Numbered from the stretch's first letter, positions 51,895 to 60,692 are shown. The stretch: 64,000 nt of DNA from Acidimicrobiales bacterium (GCA_035697515.1 DASSCS010000038.1:3400-67399); one strand, 5' to 3'. The notes: generated by a model from the letters alone, not told the origin. Made by a program: numbers and translations.

Positions 51895-52295
51895 GCAGCG
51901 CACCCTTCCGGGTGCAGCCCGCGCTGGACGACGACAACCGCTTCTTCTGGACGTCCGGCGCAGACGGCCGCCTCCGGTTCCTCCGCTGCCAGGCCTGCGG
52001 CTACTACCTGCACCCGCCGCTGCCCCGCTGCCCCGAGTGCGGCAGCCGCGACGTGGCGCCCGAGGCCGTGAGCGGCCGCGGCGAGGTGTACTCGTACACG
52101 GTGAACCACCAGCCCTGGGACGGTGGCACCGAGCCCTACGCCATCGTGATCGTCACCTTCCCCGAGCAGGAGGGCCTCCGCCTCACGAGCAACCTCGTCA
52201 ACTGCCCGCCCGACGACGCCCGCATCGGCCTGCCGGTGCGGGCGGTGTTCGAGCAGCACGGCCTCGTGTGGTTCCCGCTCTTCGAGCCGACATGA
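51891..52295 (+). CDS. DUF35 OB-fold/zinc-ribbon protein (thiolase-associated)
   Basis: GTGA overlap. Rubredoxin-like CQACGYYLHPPLPRCPECGS followed by the OB-fold segment GEVYSYTVNH. Confidence 0.85.
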   Translation: MSSAPFRVQPALDDDNRFFWTSGADGRLRFLRCQACGYYLHPPLPRCPECGSRDVAPEAVSGRGEVYSYTVNHQPWDGGTEPYAIVIVTFPEQEGLRLTSNLVNCPPDDARIGLPVRAVFEQHGLVWFPLFEPT

Positions 52296-53509
52296 CGGAC
52301 GTCGAGCGGCGATCGATCATCTCCGGCGTCGGCCAGTCCGACGTGGGCCGGCGGCTGGGCCGGTCCGGGCTCGACCTCACGCTCGACGCCGCCCTCGAGG
52401 CCATCGCCGACGCCGGACTCACCCCGGCCGACATCGACGGCATCGCCACCTACCCGGGGGCGGGCGGGGGCGCCGGCGCCGGGTTCAGCGGTCCGGGCAC
52501 GCCCGAGGTGCAGGACGCCCTGCGCCTGGAGGTGAACTGGCACACGGGCGGCATCGAGGGTGCGGCCCAGCTGGCCGCGGTCGTCAACGCGGTGCTGGCA
52601 GTGAGCGCCGGCCTGGCCCGCCACGTGCTGGTGTACCGCACCGTGACCGAGTCGACCGAGCAGGGCAGCGGTGGCCGCCAGGGCATCGGCATCGGTGGTG
52701 GGGCCGGCGGGGGAGGGGGTGGCGGCGCGCCGCGCATGAGCGGCGTCATGCAGTGGAGCATCCCCTTCCGGGCCTACTCGGCGGCCAACTGGCTGGCGAT
52801 GATCGCCCACCGCCACTTCCACGAGTACGGCACCACGCCCGAGCAGATGGCGATGATCGCCGTGAACGGCCGCCGCAACGCCGGGCTCAACCCCAAGGCC
52901 GTATACCGCGACCCGATGACCCTGGACGACTACTTCGCCTCCCGCATGGTCACCTCGCCCTTCCGCCTGTACGACTGCGACGCCCCCGTCGACGGCTCCA
53001 CCGCCGTCGTCGTCTCGGTGGCCGGCCACGCGTCCGCCGTCGACCACCCGGTGGCCCGGGTCGAGGCGGTGGGGACCGCGCTGCGCGGGCGGCCGTCGTG
53101 GGACCAGTTCGACGACCTCACGACGATGGCCGCTCGTGACGCCGGTGCCCAGCTGTGGACCCGCACCGATCTGAAGCCGGCGGACGTCGACGTGGCCGAG
53201 CTCTACGACGGGTTCAGCTTCCTCGCCATGGTCTGGCTGGAGGCGCTCGGCTTCTGCGGCAAGGGCGAGTCGGGCCCCTTCGTCGAGGGCGGCCACCGGA
53301 TCGCGCTCGACGGCGAGCTCCCGCTCAACACGCAGGGGGGCCAGCTGTCGGCCGGGCGCTTGCACGGGTTCGGGTTCATCCACGAGGCCTGCCTCCAGCT
53401 CCGGGGCGAGGCCGGCGACCGCCAGGTGGGCGCAGACGTGGAGGTGGCGGCGGTCGCCAACGGCGGGGGGCCCATCGCCGGCGCGCTCCTGCTCACCCGC
53501 GCGGGCTGA
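52292..53509 (+). CDS. Thiolase-like protein (SCP-x / lipid-transfer / Ltp-type, non-acetoacetyl)
   Basis: ATGA overlap with DUF35. ISGVGQSDVGRR, LYDCDAPVDGSTAVVV, AELYDGFSF and NTQGGQLSAGRLHGFG are typical of DUF35-partnered thiolase-fold proteins. Contains a Gly-run insertion. Confidence 0.8.
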   Translation: MTDVERRSIISGVGQSDVGRRLGRSGLDLTLDAALEAIADAGLTPADIDGIATYPGAGGGAGAGFSGPGTPEVQDALRLEVNWHTGGIEGAAQLAAVVNAVLAVSAGLARHVLVYRTVTESTEQGSGGRQGIGIGGGAGGGGGGGAPRMSGVMQWSIPFRAYSAANWLAMIAHRHFHEYGTTPEQMAMIAVNGRRNAGLNPKAVYRDPMTLDDYFASRMVTSPFRLYDCDAPVDGSTAVVVSVAGHASAVDHPVARVEAVGTALRGRPSWDQFDDLTTMAARDAGAQLWTRTDLKPADVDVAELYDGFSFLAMVWLEALGFCGKGESGPFVEGGHRIALDGELPLNTQGGQLSAGRLHGFGFIHEACLQLRGEAGDRQVGADVEVAAVANGGGPIAGALLLTRAG

Positions 53510-53570
53510 GCCGCGACGTTTGTCGCGACGGTCACCCGGTCGCCAGGATCACCACGCATGCCGCAGTGGA

Positions 53571-54764
53571 TCAGCCGACGCCCATCAGCCGAGCCAGGTT
53601 GCCGCCCATCACCTTGGCGGTCTCCTCGTGCGACAGCCCGTCGAGGTCGTCGACGAAGCTGAGCGGGTCGGCCATGCCCTCCGGGTGCGGGTAGTCCGAG
53701 CCGAACACGACGTTGTCGGCGCCGATGGCCCGGCACAGCCCGACCGGGTCGTCCTCGTGGAACGGGTGCACGAAGATGTTCCGCTTGAACACCGCCACCG
53801 GGTCCTCCTCGAAGAGGTGCGGGCTGAAGGCGTAGGCCGACGCCATGTCGTGCAGCAGCGGGCGCACCCAGGCGCTGCCGTTCTCGACCGGCACGATCTT
53901 CAGGCCGGGGAAGCGGGTGCAGAGGCCGTGGCCGATGGCCGACGCCACCGTGTCGGTGATCGAGCGGTGCTGGGCCTGGGTGATGGCGGCGAAGGCGCTG
54001 CCGCCCTTGAACGGGGTGAACTCGCCGTCCCGGACACCCTCCCACTCGTCGAGGTAGCGCTGGTAGCCGCTGTCGGACGCGTGCATGCCGACCACGACAT
54101 CCTTCTCCTGGACGAGCTCCCAGAACGGGTCGAACTCCGGCAGGGCGAACGAGCGTGGCCCCCGGAAGCCCGGCACCGGCGCGGGGCGCACGAGGATGAT
54201 CCGCGCACCGCGCTCGGCCACCCACTCGAGCTCGTCGACGGCCTTCTCGACGATCGGCAGCGTGATCACCGGCGTGGGGAAGATCCGGCCCTCGTAGTCG
54301 AACGTCCACTGCTCGTGCATCCACTGGTTGAGCGCATGGATCAACGCGTGGGTGGCGTCGGGGTCGTCGCGCAGGCGCTCCTCGACCAGGCTCGCCAGCG
54401 TGGGCCACATGAGGGCCCGGTCGAGGCCGAGCTCGTCCATCAGCTCGAGGCGCGGCCCGGGCTCGCGGAAGGCGGGGATCGCGTCGATGGCCTTGCCCAT
54501 GATCTCCCGCCGGCTCTTGCCCTCGGGGTTGCCGACCTTGAAGTACTCCTCCTGCGCGCCGGGGGCGGCCACGCGGTCGAAGGTCGGGTTCGGGATGTAG
54601 TTGCTGATGTGCCCCTTGACGGCGATCTTGGTGCGACCCCGCACCTCGACGAAGTCGATGACCCCCTGGTAGCGATCGGGCACGAACTTCGTGAGCGCGT
54701 CCTTCGTCTCGTACATGTGGTTGTCGGCGTCGAAGACGGGAAAGTCGAGCTGACGAGACGGCAT
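53571..54764 (-). CDS. Amidohydrolase_2 family protein (400-aa class)
   Basis: FDADNHMYE, IPNPTFD and VVFGSDYPHPEG. Paralogue of 41784..42986. Start trimmed to ATG 54764 (MPSRQLDF). Confidence 0.8.
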   Translation of the reverse strand: MPSRQLDFPVFDADNHMYETKDALTKFVPDRYQGVIDFVEVRGRTKIAVKGHISNYIPNPTFDRVAAPGAQEEYFKVGNPEGKSRREIMGKAIDAIPAFREPGPRLELMDELGLDRALMWPTLASLVEERLRDDPDATHALIHALNQWMHEQWTFDYEGRIFPTPVITLPIVEKAVDELEWVAERGARIILVRPAPVPGFRGPRSFALPEFDPFWELVQEKDVVVGMHASDSGYQRYLDEWEGVRDGEFTPFKGGSAFAAITQAQHRSITDTVASAIGHGLCTRFPGLKIVPVENGSAWVRPLLHDMASAYAFSPHLFEEDPVAVFKRNIFVHPFHEDDPVGLCRAIGADNVVFGSDYPHPEGMADPLSFVDDLDGLSHEETAKVMGGNLARLMGVG

Positions 54765-54785
54765 CGGTGGCCCCCTGCCGAGCAA

Positions 54786-54801
54786 GTGACATGGCTGTTA
54801 G
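54786..54801. promoter_or_regulatory. Recurring palindromic box, copy 8 (GTGACATGGCTGTTAG)
   Basis: Lies 22 nt upstream of the amidohydrolase start on the minus strand. The reverse strand reads TATGGT-GATCTAACAGCCATGTCAC. Confidence 0.5.
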
Positions 54802-54819
54802 ATCACCATACAAGAGCGA

Positions 54820-56040
54820 TCAGAGGATGGCGCCCGCCTCCTTCAGCGCGGTGATCCGGTCCCAGTCGTAGCCGGCGTCGAGGAGCACCTGCTCGGTGTG
54901 CTCGCCGTGCTCGGGGGCGCGCTCGACCTGGATCGGTTGCTCGTTGAACTGGGCGGGGCTGGCCACCAGCGCCACGTCCTCGCCGTTGCCGGCCGTCATG
55001 GTCGGGAGGTAGCCGTTGGCCTGCACCTGCACGTCGTCGTAGAGCTCGTCAAGGGTCTGGAACGGGCTCCACACGCCGTCGAAGCTTTCGAGCACCTTCC
55101 TCCAGTGCGCCAGCGGCTGGCTGCCGAACGCCTCGTCCAGCCGCGCGATGCACGCCGCGGCGTTCTGGGCCCTGGCGGCCGAGTCGGCGAACCGCGGGTC
55201 GGTGGCCATGTCGGGCACGCCCAGGCGCTCGACGAAGTCGGCCCAGTGCTTGTCGCTCTGCAGCAGGATGAGGCTGACGAAGCGGCCGTCGGCGGTGCGG
55301 TAGGTGCCCACCCCCGGGTTGGCGGACTGGGCCCGGTCGCCCTGGGGGATCTTGGAGAAGCCGAACAGCTTCGCGGCGATGATCATGGGCGAGATCTGCC
55401 ACATCGCGGTGGCCAGCAGCGACACGTCGACCACGCTGGCCTCGCCGGTGCGCTCGCGCTTCACCAGGGCGGCGGCGATGGCCCCCGCGGTGGCGAGCCC
55501 GCCCATCACGTCGCCGAAGGCGGGCGTCGGCTGACTCGGCGGCCAGCCGTCCGGGCGCTCGGGCATGGTCGTGCCGACCCCGCCCCGGGCCCAGAACGAG
55601 GCCCCGTCGTAGCCGCCCTTCTCGGCCTCGGGGCCCTTGGGCCCGGCGCCCGAGCCGCGGGCGATGACGATGTCCGGGTTGCGGCCCCGGATGTCGTCGG
55701 TGTCGATCCGGAGCCTGCGGCGCACGGGCGGCATGTAGTTGGTGAGGAAGACGTCGGCGGTCTCCACCAGGGTGAGCAGCGCCTCGCGGCCGTCGGGATG
55801 GGCGAGATCGAGCGCCACGGAGCGCTTGCCGCGGTTGGGCTGCTCGATCATGAAGTTGACCCCGCCCGGCCCGCCGGGCAGCAGGCCCGACGTCACCAGG
55901 CCCCGCTGGGGGTCGCCGGTCACCGGGTGCTCGACCTTGATGACGTCGGCCCCCCAGTCGACGAGCACCGACCCGCCGGACGGGATGAACATCCAGCTGG
56001 CGACCTCGATGACGCGGATGCCGTCGAGCGGTCCGGACAC
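54820..56040 (-). CDS. Family III CoA-transferase (CaiB/BaiF; includes alpha-methylacyl-CoA racemase-like enzymes)
   Basis: LDGIRVIEVASWMFIPSGGSVLVDWGADVIKVEHP and NRGKRSVALDL motifs. 406 aa. Confidence 0.85.
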   Translation of the reverse strand: MSGPLDGIRVIEVASWMFIPSGGSVLVDWGADVIKVEHPVTGDPQRGLVTSGLLPGGPGGVNFMIEQPNRGKRSVALDLAHPDGREALLTLVETADVFLTNYMPPVRRRLRIDTDDIRGRNPDIVIARGSGAGPKGPEAEKGGYDGASFWARGGVGTTMPERPDGWPPSQPTPAFGDVMGGLATAGAIAAALVKRERTGEASVVDVSLLATAMWQISPMIIAAKLFGFSKIPQGDRAQSANPGVGTYRTADGRFVSLILLQSDKHWADFVERLGVPDMATDPRFADSAARAQNAAACIARLDEAFGSQPLAHWRKVLESFDGVWSPFQTLDELYDDVQVQANGYLPTMTAGNGEDVALVASPAQFNEQPIQVERAPEHGEHTEQVLLDAGYDWDRITALKEAGAIL

Positions 56041-56067
56041 GCGCTGCCTCCTCGTGGGTGTGGCCGG

Positions 56068-57540
56068 TCAGGCCGGCCAGCCGACCGTCTTGGTCTCGGT
56101 GAAGATCTCCAGGCCCTCGATGCCGCACTGCCGGCCGATGCCCGACTGCTTGTAACCGCCGAACGGGGCATCGGCGCCGTACCAGATGCCCCCGTTGAGG
56201 CCGAGGGTGCCGGTGCGGATGCGGCGGGCGACGGCCTTGGCCCGCTCGAGGTCGCCGGAGGTGATCATCCCCGACAGGCCGTAGGGGCTGTCGTTGGCGA
56301 TGCGCACGGCGTCGTCGTCGTCCTCGTAGGCGATCATCACGAGAACCGGCCCGAAGATCTCCTCCTGGGCGATGGTCATCGAGTTGTCGACGTCCACGAA
56401 CAGGGTGGGCTCCACGTACCAGCCGGTGGGCAGGTGCTCGGGCCGGCCGCCGCCGCAGACCAGGCGGGCCCCCTGCTCCCTGCCGGACTCGATGTAGCCG
56501 AGCACGCGGTCCCGCTGCCGCTCGGAGACGAGCGGCCCCATGAGGTTGGCGGGATCGGTGGGGTCGCCGTAGCTCACGCCGGCGAACCCCGCGGCCGCCA
56601 GCTCGACCGCCTCGTCGTAGCGCGAGCGGGGGACCAGCAGGCGGGTCGGCATGGCGCAGCCCTGGCCGGCGTGGAAGCACACCGACGATGCGCCCGGGAT
56701 GGTGGCCGCGAAGTCGGCGTCGTCGAGCACGAGGTTGACGGACTTGCCACCCAGCTCGAGGAACACCGGCTTCAGGCTCGCGGACGCGGCCTGCATGATC
56801 CGCCGACCGGTGGCGGTCGAGCCGGTGAACGCCACCATGTCGACCTGCGGCGAGGTCGTGAGCACCTCGCCCACGAGGTGGTCGCTCGACGTGACGACGT
56901 TGACCACACCCCGCGGGAAGTCGGTCCGCTCCGCGATGAGCCGGCCGATGCGGGTGGCGTTCCAGGGCGTGTCGGGGGCCGGCTTCAGCACGCACGTGTT
57001 GCCCATCGCGAGCACCGGGCCCAGCTTGTTGAGGATGATCTCGACCGGGAAGTTCCACGGCACGATCACGCCGACCACGCCGACGGGCTCCTTCCACACC
57101 TCGCGCGTGGTGTCCACGCCCATGCCGAACGGGTCCTTGGTGCCGAGGTCGCGGCTCCAGGAGAACCGGTCGATCATCTCGGCGGGCCAGGTGAGGGCCT
57201 CGCGCAGCGGCGCGTCGAGCTGGGGTCCGTAGGTGATGAGGACCGGGCAACCCACCTCGGCGACGAGCTCGGCTCGGAGCTCCTCCCGCTCCGCCTCGAG
57301 GGCCGCCTGCAGCTGCAGCAGGCAGTGACGACGGAAGGCGTGGTCGCCGCCCCAGGTGGTGGTGTCGAAGGCCCGGCGGGCGGCCCCGATGGCAGCCTCC
57401 ATGTCCGCCGACGTGCCGTCGGCCACGGGGCCGAGCACCTCCTCGGTGGCCGGGTTGACGTTGTCGAAGGTGGCGTCGCCACGGGCGTCGACGAGCTTGC
57501 CGTCGATCAGCATCCGCCGCTCGCCCGCCGTCGCGCTCAC
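56068..57540 (-). CDS. Aldehyde dehydrogenase family protein
   Basis: VIVPWNFP, FLELGGKS, catalytic Cys in HAGQGCAMPTR and EEIFGPV. The GTG at 57540 overlaps the P450 stop. Confidence 0.9.
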   Translation of the reverse strand: MSATAGERRMLIDGKLVDARGDATFDNVNPATEEVLGPVADGTSADMEAAIGAARRAFDTTTWGGDHAFRRHCLLQLQAALEAEREELRAELVAEVGCPVLITYGPQLDAPLREALTWPAEMIDRFSWSRDLGTKDPFGMGVDTTREVWKEPVGVVGVIVPWNFPVEIILNKLGPVLAMGNTCVLKPAPDTPWNATRIGRLIAERTDFPRGVVNVVTSSDHLVGEVLTTSPQVDMVAFTGSTATGRRIMQAASASLKPVFLELGGKSVNLVLDDADFAATIPGASSVCFHAGQGCAMPTRLLVPRSRYDEAVELAAAGFAGVSYGDPTDPANLMGPLVSERQRDRVLGYIESGREQGARLVCGGGRPEHLPTGWYVEPTLFVDVDNSMTIAQEEIFGPVLVMIAYEDDDDAVRIANDSPYGLSGMITSGDLERAKAVARRIRTGTLGLNGGIWYGADAPFGGYKQSGIGRQCGIEGLEIFTETKTVGWPA

Positions 57541-58706
57541 CACACCAGCTCCAGGTTCTCGACGGCGCGGACGCCCTGTGAGTACAGGAGCTCGACGCCG
57601 TCGCGCAGACGGTACTCGGGGATGGCCCTGTGCCACTCGTCGAGCGCCACCCGCAGCTCCATGCGGGCGAGGTGCGACCCCAGGCAGCGGTGCGCGCCGG
57701 CGCCGAACGCGATGTGCCGGTTCCCGGCCCGTTCGAAGTCGACGGTGTCGACGTCGTCCCACGCCCGCTCGTCGGTGTTGGCCGACCCGAGCATCACCGA
57801 GACGACCTGTCCCTTCGTCACCGGGCAACCGCCGATCTCCGTGTCCGCGGTCGCGATGCGCACGACGCCCTGCACCGGGGTCTCCCAGCGCAGCAGCTCC
57901 TCGATGGCGTGCTGGATGAGCGACGGGTCGTCCACCAGCCGGCGGCGGTGGTCGGCGTGCTGGGCGAGGTAGCTCATGATGCAGTCGAGCGAGGCCGTCA
58001 CGGTGTCGAGGCCGGCGAGGAAGAAGAGGTAGCCGATGTCGAGCACGTCGTCGTCGGTGAGGCGGTGGCCGTCCACCTCGGCGTCGAGGAAGAGGGAGAG
58101 GAAGTCGTCCGAACGCTCGCGCCTGCGCTCGTCGATGGCCTCCTGCAGGACCGCGTAGATCTCCTGGCCCACCCGGGCGGTGTACTCGACCCGTTCGCCC
58201 CGGGTGGAGACCGGCGGGCGGATGATGCCGTCCTTGAGCCTCAGGAACTCCTGTGCCCGGCTCACCGGCAGGCCGAGGAGCCGCAGGAACACGGTGGTGG
58301 GCAGCGGCTCGGCGACCGCGGTGTGGAAGTTGCACCCGCCCTGGTGAGCCACGGCAGCGACGAGCTCCCGCACCAGGTCGCGGGTCTGGTCCTCGAGCAG
58401 GGCGATCTGCCGGGGGGCGAAGATGGGGTCGAGCAGCTTGCGGTAGTTGCGGTGCTGGGGTGGGTCGATCTGGAGGGGGATGAGCGGCCGCACCTGACCG
58501 ATCGTGACGGCGTCGATCCCGGAGCTGAACACGTCCGGGTGCTGCAGCACGTGGCGGACCTCGGCGTCGCCGCAGACGATCACCATGCCCACCTCTCCGC
58601 CCAGGTCGATGACCGGCCCGGCGTCGCGCATCTGCTTCAACAGGGGCTGCGGGTGGGCGAGCACCTCCGGCTCGGGCTCGCCCCCGAACAGGCTCGACTC
58701 GGACAT
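57537..58706 (-). CDS. Cytochrome P450
   Basis: I-helix FFLAGLDTVTAS, ExxR (EELLRW) and heme loop FGAGAHRCLGSHLA. Confidence 0.9.
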   Translation of the reverse strand: MSESSLFGGEPEPEVLAHPQPLLKQMRDAGPVIDLGGEVGMVIVCGDAEVRHVLQHPDVFSSGIDAVTIGQVRPLIPLQIDPPQHRNYRKLLDPIFAPRQIALLEDQTRDLVRELVAAVAHQGGCNFHTAVAEPLPTTVFLRLLGLPVSRAQEFLRLKDGIIRPPVSTRGERVEYTARVGQEIYAVLQEAIDERRRERSDDFLSLFLDAEVDGHRLTDDDVLDIGYLFFLAGLDTVTASLDCIMSYLAQHADHRRRLVDDPSLIQHAIEELLRWETPVQGVVRIATADTEIGGCPVTKGQVVSVMLGSANTDERAWDDVDTVDFERAGNRHIAFGAGAHRCLGSHLARMELRVALDEWHRAIPEYRLRDGVELLYSQGVRAVENLELVW

Positions 58707-58752
58707 TCGGACCCCCTCTGCGACCAGTGGAGGCCCCAGTTGTACTCCAAAT

Positions 58753-58768
58753 CTAACGTTGGCGTCAC
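58753..58768. promoter_or_regulatory. Recurring palindromic box, copy 9 (CTAACGTTGGCGTCAC)
   Basis: Lies 47 nt upstream of the P450 start on the minus strand, at the head of the P450/ALDH/CoA-transferase operon. It has the same ATCTAAC flank as copies 7 and 8. Confidence 0.5.
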
Positions 58769-58797
58769 CCCCCGGCCCGGGGCGGCTTCGCGTCCGG

Positions 58798-60585
58798 TCA
58801 GCGCGCGTAGAGGGCGTCGAAGACGCCCGCGTAGCGGTCGAAGATGACGTTGCGCCTGACCTTGAGCGTCGGCGTCAGCTCGCCGGTCTCGTGCGCGAAG
58901 TCGTGTCCGAGGATCGCGAAGCGCTTGATCTGCTCGACCTGCGAGTAGCGCGAGTTCACGCTGTCGAGCGCCTGCTGCACGAGGTCGTGGATGTCCGGGT
59001 GCTCCGCAAGGACATCCACGTCGCCAGGTAGGCCGCGCTGCTGCGCCCACGGGACGACCACCTCGACGTCGAGCGTCACGAGCGCCACGGGGTACGGCCG
59101 GCGGTCGCCGTACATCACCGCCTGCGAGATGAACGGCGAATGCTTGAGGTCGTTCTCGAGGTTCGCGGGGGTGATGTTCTTGCCGCCCGCGGTGATGATG
59201 ATGTCCTTCTTGCGCCCGGTGATGCTCAGGAACCCGTCGCCGTCGATCGCCCCGAGGTCGCCTGTGTGCAGCCAGCCGTCGTCGTCGAGCACCTCGCGCG
59301 TCGCCCGCTCGTTCCTCCAGTAGCCCGCGAAGATCTGCGGGCCGCGCATGAGGATCTCGCCGTCGTCGGCGATCCGGATCTCGACGCCCGGGGCAGCGGG
59401 CCCGACCGTCCCCAACCGGAACGCATCCGGGGAGTTCACCGTGCCCACGCCCATGGTCTCGGTCATGCCGTAGCCCTCCATCACGGGGACCCCGGCGGCG
59501 TAGAAGAACTCGAGGATCCCGGGTTCTATCGGCGCGCCACCGGACAGGGCTTCGCGGAGGTTGCCGCCGAAGAGCATGCGGATCTTCGAGAACACGGTCT
59601 CGTCGGCGTGCCGGTCGACCTCGGCCAGCTCGTCCGGGACCGGCTCGCCGCGGGCCTGGAGCGCCCGCACCTGCGACCCGACGTGAACCGCGCGATCGAG
59701 GTCGTCCTGCTGCTCGGGCGGGACCTGCGCCATCGCCAGCGAGTAGAGCTTCTCGAAGACGCGCGGCACGGACGGCAGGTAGTCGGGGTGCACCTCCATG
59801 AGCTCGGCGATGATCTGCTGCGTGTCGCCCCCGTAGTACGCGATCGCGGCTCCGACCTGGTAGGCGGCGAGCTGGACGATCTGTGCGAACACGTGCGCCA
59901 GTGGCAGGTACAGGTAGGCGACCTCGCCCGGCAGGAGCGTCCCCAGCTCCAGCACGATGGAGCAGACCGACATCGCGTTGCGGTGCGTCAACACGCAGCC
60001 CTTCGGCGGGCCCGTCGTGCCCGACGTGTAGATGATCAGGGCGGGATCGTCGGGGGCCACGGCCGCCCGCCGCCGCTCGAGCTCGTCGCTGTCGCCGCTG
60101 TCGCCGCCCGCAGCGGCGACCTCCTCGAGCGCGACGACGCCGTCGGAGGCGTCGCGGCCCTCCACGACGAAGGTCGCCCGCAGGGCCGGCAGCGCCGCGC
60201 GCACGGCGTCGATCTTGGCGAGCTGCCCGGCGTCCTCGACGACGACGGCGACCGCGCCGGAGTCCCCGGCGACCCACGCACACTCCTCGGGCGAGTTCGA
60301 GGGGTAGATCGGGACCACGACGGCGCCGATGCTCCAGATCGCATTGGACACGATCGACCACTCGGGCCGCGTGTCGGCGAGGATGCACACGCGGTCGCCG
60401 GGCTCGATGCCGTGCGCAAGGAGTCCCGTCGCAAGGCGCTCGATGTCCTCGCCGACGGCCGCGTAGGTCCGGTCCTCCCACACGCCGTCGTGCTTGGCGC
60501 GCACGGCGGTGCGGTCGCCGTGCCGCTGCGCCGCGAAGCCGGACAGTCGTGCAGCCGTCTGCGGTGCTGCGTCGATCCGCGTCAT
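58798..60585 (-). CDS. Long-chain-fatty-acid--CoA ligase (AMP-forming, FadD15-like)
   Basis: IYTSGTTGPPKGC, GYGMTET, GWLHTGDLGAIDGDGFLSITGRKKD and the FadD15-type tail RFAILGHDFAHETGELTPTLKVRR. ATG 60585 is preceded by AAGGAG. Confidence 0.9.
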   Translation of the reverse strand: MTRIDAAPQTAARLSGFAAQRHGDRTAVRAKHDGVWEDRTYAAVGEDIERLATGLLAHGIEPGDRVCILADTRPEWSIVSNAIWSIGAVVVPIYPSNSPEECAWVAGDSGAVAVVVEDAGQLAKIDAVRAALPALRATFVVEGRDASDGVVALEEVAAAGGDSGDSDELERRRAAVAPDDPALIIYTSGTTGPPKGCVLTHRNAMSVCSIVLELGTLLPGEVAYLYLPLAHVFAQIVQLAAYQVGAAIAYYGGDTQQIIAELMEVHPDYLPSVPRVFEKLYSLAMAQVPPEQQDDLDRAVHVGSQVRALQARGEPVPDELAEVDRHADETVFSKIRMLFGGNLREALSGGAPIEPGILEFFYAAGVPVMEGYGMTETMGVGTVNSPDAFRLGTVGPAAPGVEIRIADDGEILMRGPQIFAGYWRNERATREVLDDDGWLHTGDLGAIDGDGFLSITGRKKDIIITAGGKNITPANLENDLKHSPFISQAVMYGDRRPYPVALVTLDVEVVVPWAQQRGLPGDVDVLAEHPDIHDLVQQALDSVNSRYSQVEQIKRFAILGHDFAHETGELTPTLKVRRNVIFDRYAGVFDALYAR

Positions 60586-60660
60586 GGACGTCCTCTCCTT
60601 GGCGTGCGATGCCGCCCGGGCGGTCATGTCTGCTGCGATGATCTGGGGAGCCGTGGTGCT

Positions 60661-60692
60661 CGCAGCGCTTCGGGACGAGCCGAAGCGCTGCG
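60661..60692 (-). terminator. Strong stem-loop (13-bp perfect stem, 6-nt loop), candidate factor-independent terminator or 5'-UTR structure
   Basis: CGCAGCGCTTCGG-gacgag-CCGAAGCGCTGCG, in a 280-nt non-coding gap between the ADH stop (60866) and the ligase start (60585). No U-tract follows. Confidence 0.3.

Noticed and set aside
53512-53527. Small hairpin CGCGAC-gttt-GTCGCG between the convergent thiolase-like and amidohydrolase genes
   Set aside because: It has only a 6-bp stem and no U-tract. It is plausible as a bidirectional terminator but too weak to call.
54898-57972. 1024-aa ORF on the plus strand
   Set aside because: Antisense to the CoA-transferase, ALDH and P450 genes, all of which carry diagnostic motifs. 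Low-complexity Arg/Gly/Ala/Pro composition.
29485-58768. Identifying the recurring box with the known KstR or KstR2 steroid-regulon operators
   Set aside because: KstR (TnnAACnnGTTnnA) and KstR2 (AnCAAGnnCTTGnT) have different half-site spacing and sequence. Here the AC...GT cores are separated by 6 nt. Steroid ring-degradation genes are also absent.
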